Notes under the pieces: generated by a model | Database searches by the model: none | Told to the model about the DNA's origin: nothing | Seen by the model: the letters and a program-made list of their open reading frames with translations, nothing else | Translations under genes and position numbers: made by a program | Shown here: one piece after another, positions 44,801-50,969 of the stretch | Numbering within the stretch: the stretch's first letter is position 1 | How the letters are laid out: each line of letters opens with the position of its first letter | IMG/VR virus record: IMGVR_UViG_3300025486_000003 | Span: 1 to 50,969 of that record | Strand: one strand, 5' to 3' | DNA length: 50,969 nt | DNA from: a virus | Taxonomy: Duplodnaviria; Caudoviricetes

Positions 44801-46828
44801 ATGAAAGTAGAAACGGCTATCACGCTGCACAACCGCTTTGATGTTGAAGTCAGGGATGCCCTAAGCGGTGAACTCAAACAACAAGCAAAGGCATATAATA
44901 TCGTGCTAGACCAGATGTGGACACGGTTATGTGCCGGCAATGCATATTTTGTCAATATCCATTTTGGTACAGGCACAGGCGCGCTTTTACCTAGCAGAAC
45001 ATCGTTATTTACCCACCTTGGCACTAGAGCGGCAACTGATGACACGCTTGTGCGCGCCTTCCCGAATTCGTCGTGGCGGCGCAGGATTGTGCTTAACCCG
45101 GAGGAATTTGTCGGCGCGAGCCTCTCTGAGGTGGGTGTGGCTTTTGGTACGGGAACGACAAACCTTGTGACTCATGCACTGCTTGAAGATGCGTCCGGCA
45201 ATCCGATTACAATTCTTAAGACAAACCTTGATGTTGTCACGATTTTTGCGACTATTTTTGTTACATTTAGTGCGCCTGCTGATGTTGTCTATATCAATAT
45301 GCCAAATGGCAACGGCCTTGTGAATTATTTGATTGGCGGCGCTGCTGCACCTAGCGGCGTGTTTTCGCTTGGCGAGGCGGTCGGCGCAGGCTCCACACAA
45401 ATGACAGGACTCGGCTCACAGCCGGCGCTTGGAAGCACTGCTGCCGCCACGTGGACGGCAGATAACGCAAACAGAAGGCGAACCACCGGAATTATGCGCT
45501 TTGGCACAACTGTTGGCAACGGACACGCCGCCGAGTATATTTTTAGCAACGTGTTTAGGGCTAGGCTGCCTTTGGCAAACGTCTTTGCCGGGCAGTCCTA
45601 TGTTAATGTGCCGGTGGGCAACGGTGACGGTGTGACGCGGGATTTTGTCTTGCCTTCAAGAAATATACGGCAGGAGTCAATAGCTGTAAAGCTAAATGAT
45701 CTCTCCACGGCGGCCTTCACGCGGACGCTGATAGGCACCGGAGGCAATTATTGTTTTAACATGCCTTCGCCGCCGTCGCACAATAGCGGTGTAGCGCTCT
45801 CTGCTGATGGCACACTCTTTGCTCTCACAATGGCATTCAACCCTGTTGTTTTGACACATGATCGCGTCGGCCTAGTATGGGTCAGACGTCCTGATCCTGC
45901 GATACTTCCTGCGGGGGACGGGCGCAGCGTAGCTCTTTCTGCTGATGGCAGGGTGCTAGCTGTTGGACATTTTAGTTTGCCTCGCATCTCGACCTACGAC
46001 TGGAATGGCACAGCCTGGATCAGGCGGCCAGACCCTGCAGTATTGCCTGCGGGCGAGTGTTGGGGACTGGCGCTCTCATCAGATGGCAGAGTGCTTGCTG
46101 TGGCGCATGAATTTTCACCATTTATGTCTATCTATGATTGGACCGGCACTCTTTGGGCAAGACGCCCTAACCCGGCCACACTTCCAGCCGGTCCCGGCAA
46201 CGCCGCTGCCCTTTCTGCCGATGGCAGGGTGTTTGCTGTGGCGCATAATACCACGCCGTTTATATCGACATATGATTGGGGCGGCTCTGCTTGGATTAGA
46301 CGCCCTAATCCTGCAATACTTCCTACCGGTCATGGCAGAGGCGCAGCACTTTCTGTTGATGGGTCAGTGCTAGCTGTCGGGCATGACACTTCGCCTTTCC
46401 TTTCAACTTACGACTGGAACGGCACAGCTTGGCTCAGGCGCCCGAACCCTGCAGCATTGCCACCCTGGGGGGCGAGTGTTGCCCTTTCTAGCGACGGGTC
46501 AGTGCTTGCTGCAGCAGCGACTATGTTGCTATATGACTGGGTCGGTTCCGCTTGGCTTATGCGACCTGCTCCTGTGGTTTCTCCATATACTGGCGGAAGT
46601 TTTGTTGCGCTTTCTGCTGATGGGTCAACGGCTGCTGTGTCCTCGGGTTGGAGTGCTACTGACATCAGAATTTATGACACCGCTGCAAGAACTACCAATA
46701 TTCGGTTCGACACAGCACCGCCAGCAGGAGCAAGTATTACAGCAGATTACATCGTTGACGGGGTGCATAAGACAGACCAGTTTGTTATCGATGTGGGATT
46801 TAGCATCCAGTACGGAACTCCGGCTTAA
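44801..46828 (+). CDS. Tail/receptor-binding protein with a 7-repeat beta-propeller-like insert
   Basis: AAGGAGG RBS before ATG at 44801; seven (V/A/L)ALS.DG repeats of about 46 aa. Confidence 0.7.
   Translation: MKVETAITLHNRFDVEVRDALSGELKQQAKAYNIVLDQMWTRLCAGNAYFVNIHFGTGTGALLPSRTSLFTHLGTRAATDDTLVRAFPNSSWRRRIVLNPEEFVGASLSEVGVAFGTGTTNLVTHALLEDASGNPITILKTNLDVVTIFATIFVTFSAPADVVYINMPNGNGLVNYLIGGAAAPSGVFSLGEAVGAGSTQMTGLGSQPALGSTAAATWTADNANRRRTTGIMRFGTTVGNGHAAEYIFSNVFRARLPLANVFAGQSYVNVPVGNGDGVTRDFVLPSRNIRQESIAVKLNDLSTAAFTRTLIGTGGNYCFNMPSPPSHNSGVALSADGTLFALTMAFNPVVLTHDRVGLVWVRRPDPAILPAGDGRSVALSADGRVLAVGHFSLPRISTYDWNGTAWIRRPDPAVLPAGECWGLALSSDGRVLAVAHEFSPFMSIYDWTGTLWARRPNPATLPAGPGNAAALSADGRVFAVAHNTTPFISTYDWGGSAWIRRPNPAILPTGHGRGAALSVDGSVLAVGHDTSPFLSTYDWNGTAWLRRPNPAALPPWGASVALSSDGSVLAAAATMLLYDWVGSAWLMRPAPVVSPYTGGSFVALSADGSTAAVSSGWSATDIRIYDTAARTTNIRFDTAPPAGASITADYIVDGVHKTDQFVIDVGFSIQYGTPA
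45791..46680 (+). repeat. Seven intragenic repeats of about 138 bp
   Basis: Unit VALSADGRVLAVGH..P.ISTYDWNGTAWIRRP.PA.LP.G. Confidence 0.88.
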
Positions 46829-46840
46829 AGGAGGCAGCAG

Positions 46841-48229
46841 ATGGAGCTGATATTTGAACATACTGCTAATTTAGGCCAAGGCGCAGAGCCTGCCGCAGTT
46901 CATCTTGACGACAACAGTGTGTACCTCTTTGACGTTGCCGGAGGGCGCCTGCGGGCAAGGCAGTGGAAACCGGGAGCCGGTGATGTGGATTGGAGCGCGC
47001 CGGAATTTGGCGAAGGCTTCATAGGGACAGCAGATAAAAATATGTCGCTTTTGCGGATTAAAAGCGTGCCGCGTGTGGGGATATTCGGTGCATGGCATCA
47101 GGGCGAAGTTTTAAAGGACGATGTGGTCTTATCGCCCGAGCGGCAGCGCTTTGCGATTTGGGACGCCAAAACAGATTTTAGCAAGTACCTCAGTGACTGT
47201 ACAATCGAGATGACTCAAGGTTCACCGATTGCCTCCTTTAGCATGACTCTGGAAAACCCAAAACAGCTCATCTCAGGGGAGCAAGCATCGAGAATATCGC
47301 CCGGCATGAAGGTCGAACTATTTTTGAAGCTTGGGAACAGCGAAGAGTATCCGATGGGTGTGCAGTATGTGGACCGGGTAAATATGGGCGTCACAAAAAC
47401 TCACGCGGCGGTGGAGGGACGCAGCATCAGCGGCAAGCTCTTGCGCGACCAGTCGCTAAACGAGAATCACGCGTTTCCCTTCCAGACATATTATCTTAAC
47501 GTGGTCAAATTATTACGGGATGCCGGTATTGAAAATTATGATGTGCAATCAACTACGGATCCGAACGCGTGGAAATTCGGGATATTATTTACACCTGAAA
47601 CAGGGGTGCTGGACGCATTAAATGAGCTGATTAAAGCCGCCTTAAACTGGGTTATGCTAGAAACGATGGAAGGCAGGATTGTCGTAGGGTCGGCAGTTTC
47701 CTACCCTCCCGTTCAAGTAAACAGTGCATACACTTTTGAGAGGGGAAGAGATGTCTGGAGCCGTGACATTGCACGGGACGATGAGGGGATATATGCTAAA
47801 GTGTGCGGTCGGTTCAACACCGCAACCGGGATGAGCTATCTGTACTCGCCTGTTACGGTAGAGCAGATGTGGATACTGGCGCCGCAAAAGACGCTGCATA
47901 TCCAGTTTCCGGACAATTCCGATAGTACCGAGGTTCAGGCTATCATCGGCGGCATAGCGGCAAGGCTCTCTGAGGCGGGTGTAGTCGAAACATTCGTCGG
48001 GCCGGTACGCCCGCACCTTTTGGTTGGCGATGAAGCAAGGATCATTTCAGATGACGGAACTCAGATTCTTGGGATAGTTACGACTGTCAGGCATACTCTT
48101 GGCAAGAATGGTTTTATGACTGAATTTACGGTAGACAGCGGCGCTGAAAAAGGACGCTTAAACATCAGAGACTTAATTGACAGGGCGATTAAGCCGGAAA
48201 GCGGCAGAGGCAAGCGGGTATTTAAATAA
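46841..48229 (+). CDS. Baseplate hub / Tal-like tail protein (putative)
   Basis: MGVQYVDRV...EGRS, RPHLLVGD...IVTTVRH.LG..GF.TEFT pattern; last structural gene. Confidence 0.55.
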   Translation: MELIFEHTANLGQGAEPAAVHLDDNSVYLFDVAGGRLRARQWKPGAGDVDWSAPEFGEGFIGTADKNMSLLRIKSVPRVGIFGAWHQGEVLKDDVVLSPERQRFAIWDAKTDFSKYLSDCTIEMTQGSPIASFSMTLENPKQLISGEQASRISPGMKVELFLKLGNSEEYPMGVQYVDRVNMGVTKTHAAVEGRSISGKLLRDQSLNENHAFPFQTYYLNVVKLLRDAGIENYDVQSTTDPNAWKFGILFTPETGVLDALNELIKAALNWVMLETMEGRIVVGSAVSYPPVQVNSAYTFERGRDVWSRDIARDDEGIYAKVCGRFNTATGMSYLYSPVTVEQMWILAPQKTLHIQFPDNSDSTEVQAIIGGIAARLSEAGVVETFVGPVRPHLLVGDEARIISDDGTQILGIVTTVRHTLGKNGFMTEFTVDSGAEKGRLNIRDLIDRAIKPESGRGKRVFK

Positions 48230-48240
48230 GCATAGATGTC

Positions 48241-48278
48241 AGGGCGCTTTGCCGCACAGCCGGCAGGCGTTCTTTTTT
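48241..48278 (+). terminator. Terminator-like hairpin before the lysis cassette
   Basis: AGGGCGCTTTGCCG-CACAGC-CGGCAGGCGTTCT followed by a T-run. Confidence 0.55.
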
Positions 48279-48305
48279 ATCCTTTTTGAAACGGAGGTTT
48301 TACTG

Positions 48306-48722
48306 ATGAAATCTATTTGGAGCAATGCACAGACGGCCTTTGCTGCTATCGGCGGTTTTCTGGGCTGGTTTTTGGGCGGGTTGGACGGCTTTCTTTATGC
48401 TTTAATTGTCTTTGTGGTGGTCGATTACCTGACAGGCGTGATGTGCGCCGTCATGGACAAAAAGCTCTCAAGTGAAATCGGCTCAAAGGGGATCTTTAAA
48501 AAGGTGCTTATCTTTGCGCTCGTTGGTCTTGGGCATATGCTAGACAGCCAGGTGATTGGCGAGGGCGGCGCGATCCGGACGGCGGTGATTTTCTTTTATC
48601 TGAGCAACGAGGGCATTTCTATCTTGGAGAACGCGGCCGCACTCGGACTGCCGCTGCCAAAAAAACTTATAGCTGTCTTGAAGCAATTAAATGAATTTAG
48701 CGATGAGGGGGAATCGGAATGA
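48306..48722 (+). CDS. Phage holin
   Basis: GGFLGWFLGGLDG, DYLTG, LSS.IG.KG..KK, FFY..NEG.SILEN...LGLP.P. Confidence 0.9.
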   Translation: MKSIWSNAQTAFAAIGGFLGWFLGGLDGFLYALIVFVVVDYLTGVMCAVMDKKLSSEIGSKGIFKKVLIFALVGLGHMLDSQVIGEGGAIRTAVIFFYLSNEGISILENAAALGLPLPKKLIAVLKQLNEFSDEGESE

Positions 48723-49453
48723 ACCTGCGCAGGCTGATACTCACAAACAACGCCTGCTACAAGGCAGGCAGAACGATTACGCCAAGAGGCATCATGCTGC
48801 ATTCCACGGGGGCGAATAACCCGTGGCTGCGGCGCTACGTCGGCCCGGACGACGGGCTTTTGGGCGTAAACCGGCACAACAACCACTGGAATCAGGAGCG
48901 GCCCGGGGGACGGTCGGTCTGCGTTCATGCCTTTATCGGAAGGCTTGCTGATGGCTCGATTGCCACCTACCAGACTTTGCCTTGGAATCATCGCGGCTGG
49001 CACTGCGGCAGAGGTGTGAGAGGATCCGGCAACGACACGCACATTTCAGTTGAAATTTGCGAAGATAATTTAGCCGGCGCCGTTTACTTCCGCAGGGTCT
49101 ACAACGAGGCCGTGGAGCTATGCGTGTATCTCTGCGGGCAGTTTGGCCTGACTGAAGTGGATATCATCAGCCATAGCGAAGGTCACCGGCTCGGCATTGC
49201 CTCAAACCATGCCGACGTGATGCATTGGTTCCCGCGCCACGGCAAGAGCATGGATTCTTTCCGGGCTGATGTGAGGAAGGTAGTGGCAGAGAGCGATTAT
49301 GAGATTTACACGGTGGCAAAAGGTGATTCGCTCTGGAAGATCGCAGCGGCAAGGCTTGGCAGCGGTGCGCGGCATCCTGAAATATCGGAGCTGAACGCGC
49401 TCTCATCTGGCACATTAGTTGCCGGACAGAAACTCAAAATTCCAAAAAAGTAG
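48719..49453 (+). CDS. Endolysin: N-acetylmuramoyl-L-alanine amidase plus LysM
   Basis: IMLHSTG, VHAFI, GWHCG, ISVEICE, SHSE; YTVAKGDSLWKIA...GQKLKIP. Confidence 0.9.
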   Translation: MNLRRLILTNNACYKAGRTITPRGIMLHSTGANNPWLRRYVGPDDGLLGVNRHNNHWNQERPGGRSVCVHAFIGRLADGSIATYQTLPWNHRGWHCGRGVRGSGNDTHISVEICEDNLAGAVYFRRVYNEAVELCVYLCGQFGLTEVDIISHSEGHRLGIASNHADVMHWFPRHGKSMDSFRADVRKVVAESDYEIYTVAKGDSLWKIAAARLGSGARHPEISELNALSSGTLVAGQKLKIPKK

Positions 49454-49586
49454 CCGCAAGAGTATAACAAGTAAGACCCCTAGTGCGGAGTTTTTCTTCT
49501 GTACAGTGGGGCTTATTTTTTTGCACCGATTTTGCCTTTTCCGCCGGCTTATAGCGGAGGTAGTCGCCTTTAGAGGAGGCATCAAA

Positions 49587-49994
49587 ATGAGTTATCAGCA
49601 AAAAGAAAAAATCAGATTAATGCGCGGTGAGGGTTTCAGTTATGCGAGGATCGCTGCGGAGCTTGGCATCTTGGAGAATACGGTGAAATCATTCTGTCGC
49701 CGGAACAACCTCGGCGGTGTCAGCACGGGAATCGCCAAGCAATGCGATGGAGCGCTTTGCCGTCAGTGCAAAGCCTCGCTCACCCATACCGTGGGGGCCA
49801 AACAGAAGCGGTTCTGTTCCAGTAGATGCCGCCTTGCCTGGTGGAACACCCACCCGGAAGCACTTAGGCGTAAGGCTATCTATGCTTTCATATGCGCCCA
49901 CTGCGGCGCCACTTTTGAGAGCTATGGCAATAAGGATCGCAAATACTGCTCTCGTGCCTGCTACGGCAAGTCAAAGGCGGTGCCGCGTGAGTAA
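49587..49994 (+). CDS. HTH plus Zn-finger regulator
   Basis: GFSYARIAAELGI.ENTVKSFCRR; CRQC, FCS.RC, CAHC, YCSRAC. Confidence 0.75.
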   Translation: MSYQQKEKIRLMRGEGFSYARIAAELGILENTVKSFCRRNNLGGVSTGIAKQCDGALCRQCKASLTHTVGAKQKRFCSSRCRLAWWNTHPEALRRKAIYAFICAHCGATFESYGNKDRKYCSRACYGKSKAVPRE

Positions 49995-50142
49995 ACAGCA
50001 GGCAATCATCCATTATAGGACGGCAATGGCGGTTTTTAGAATTTGGCTTGCCGATGGCGTCATCACTGAGGAAGAACTGACAAGAATCGATGCTGCAATA
50101 GCCTGCAAATATGGCCTGTCTCCGCGCAGCATCTATCGCTAA
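49987..50142 (+). CDS. SHOCT-like small protein
   Basis: GTG at 49987; LADGVITEEE...ID...KY; precedes the recombinase. Confidence 0.65.
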   Translation: MSKQQAIIHYRTAMAVFRIWLADGVITEEELTRIDAAIACKYGLSPRSIYR

Positions 50143-50145
50143 AAC

Positions 50146-50178
50146 ACTTGATAATACGGGCGTTTAGAGCGAACATGT
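50146..50178 (+). promoter_or_regulatory. Second repeated intergenic motif, copy 2
   Basis: ACTTGATAAT-N7-TTTAGAGCGAACATGT, upstream of the recombinase RBS. Confidence 0.5.
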
Positions 50179-50201
50179 CATAAACGGAAGGAGGCTTTTT
50201 A

Positions 50202-50969
50202 ATGGAGCGAATCATCACGCGAACAGGCCCATCGGTTTCGTTGCTGCCAAGAAGACCAAGGGTTGCCGCCTACGCACGAGTATCTTCCGGGAAGGAGTCA
50301 ATGCTCCATTCCCTCGCCGCCCAAGTCAGCTATTATAGCGGACTGATCCAGCGGCGGCCGGACTGGGAATATGCCGGGGTCTACGCGGACGAGGCGCTGA
50401 CGGGCACAAAAGATAGCCGCCCGGAGTTTAGGCGTATGCTTGCCGACTGCAGGGACGGTAAAGTTGACATGATCATCACCAAGTCAATTTCACGCTTTGC
50501 CAGGAATACCGTTACACTTCTTGAGACTGTGCGGGAACTGAAATCACTTGCCGTGGACGTATATTTTGAGGAGCAGAACATCCACTCCATCAGTGGAGAC
50601 GGTGAACTTATGCTGACCATTCTCGCGTCTTATGCACAGGCAGAAAGCTTGTCAGCCAGCGAAAACTGCAAGTGGCGCGTACGTAAGCGTTTTGAGAACG
50701 GTGAACTGGCCGGACTCAATTTCATGTTCGGATACCGCATCGCAAAAGGTAAAATAGAAATCGATCCTGAGCAGGCGGCGGCTGTCCGCATGATTTTTGA
50801 TGATTATATCGGCGGCATGGGTGGCGGCAGGATTGCAAAGAAGCTGATTGAAATGAATGTGGCCACCGTGCGCGGCGCAGACTGGAATAGCGAGCGCGTA
50901 ATGGAAATCCTAAGGAATGAAAAATATACCGGAAACGCGTTGCTGCAGAAAAAGTATGTGGAAAGATAG
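50202..50969 (+). CDS. Large serine recombinase, apparently truncated at 255 aa
   Basis: AYARVS, KSISRFARN, AQAES.S.SEN, FGY, ILRNEKYTG; stop at the window edge before any Zn-ribbon/coiled-coil domain. Confidence 0.85.
   Translation: MERIITRTGPSVSLLPRRPRVAAYARVSSGKESMLHSLAAQVSYYSGLIQRRPDWEYAGVYADEALTGTKDSRPEFRRMLADCRDGKVDMIITKSISRFARNTVTLLETVRELKSLAVDVYFEEQNIHSISGDGELMLTILASYAQAESLSASENCKWRVRKRFENGELAGLNFMFGYRIAKGKIEIDPEQAAAVRMIFDDYIGGMGGGRIAKKLIEMNVATVRGADWNSERVMEILRNEKYTGNALLQKKYVER

Larger units (their letters stand above)
5932..50969 (+). mobile_element. Temperate siphovirus-type prophage; boundaries uncertain, and the leftward operon may also belong to it
   Basis: Ordered replication, packaging, head, tail, lysis and recombinase modules; att sites not identified. 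Confidence 0.93.

Noticed and set aside
45791-46680. Shufflon or invertible tail-fibre cassettes driven by the RIT recombinases
   Set aside because: The repeats are direct and in frame in one ORF; no inverted cassettes or RIT-like sites were seen nearby.
1-50969. tRNA or rRNA genes and att sites
   Set aside because: None recognised by eye; the prophage ends probably lie outside the window.

Overview
A largely complete temperate siphovirus-type prophage of a Bacillota (Clostridia-like) host. It reads rightward from about 5.9 kb. In order: a sigma-70-like regulator; replication genes (DUF2800, DUF2815, PolA, VirE-like primase-helicase, VRR-NUC, Rha, SNF2); an HNH/terminase packaging module with two DNA methyltransferases and a radical SAM enzyme; an HK97-type head; tail genes; holin and amidase; and a serine recombinase. 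The head module carries two parasites whose ends can be read to the base. One is a three-tyrosine-recombinase RIT element in the 3' end of the portal gene. The other is an Ll.LtrB-like group IIA intron in the ClpP prohead protease gene, with matching EBS/IBS pairings. Accessory genes include DinJ-YafQ, AbrB-PIN and a Gre-family gene. A divergent leftward operon (304 aa, ~210 aa, HTH, SNF2 helicase, DUF4391) resembles the 5' part of a type III R-M-associated defence locus. The most notable observation is in its first two, overlapping genes. They share a RHIM-like, Asn/Gln-rich motif at the C-terminus of the first (VFNQYGNNSIQIG) and the N-terminus of the second (VFTQTGERSMQIA). This is the layout of amyloid-signalling pairs, here without an NLR and at the position where a repressor would be expected. 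All family assignments come from motif recognition by eye; no database searches were run.
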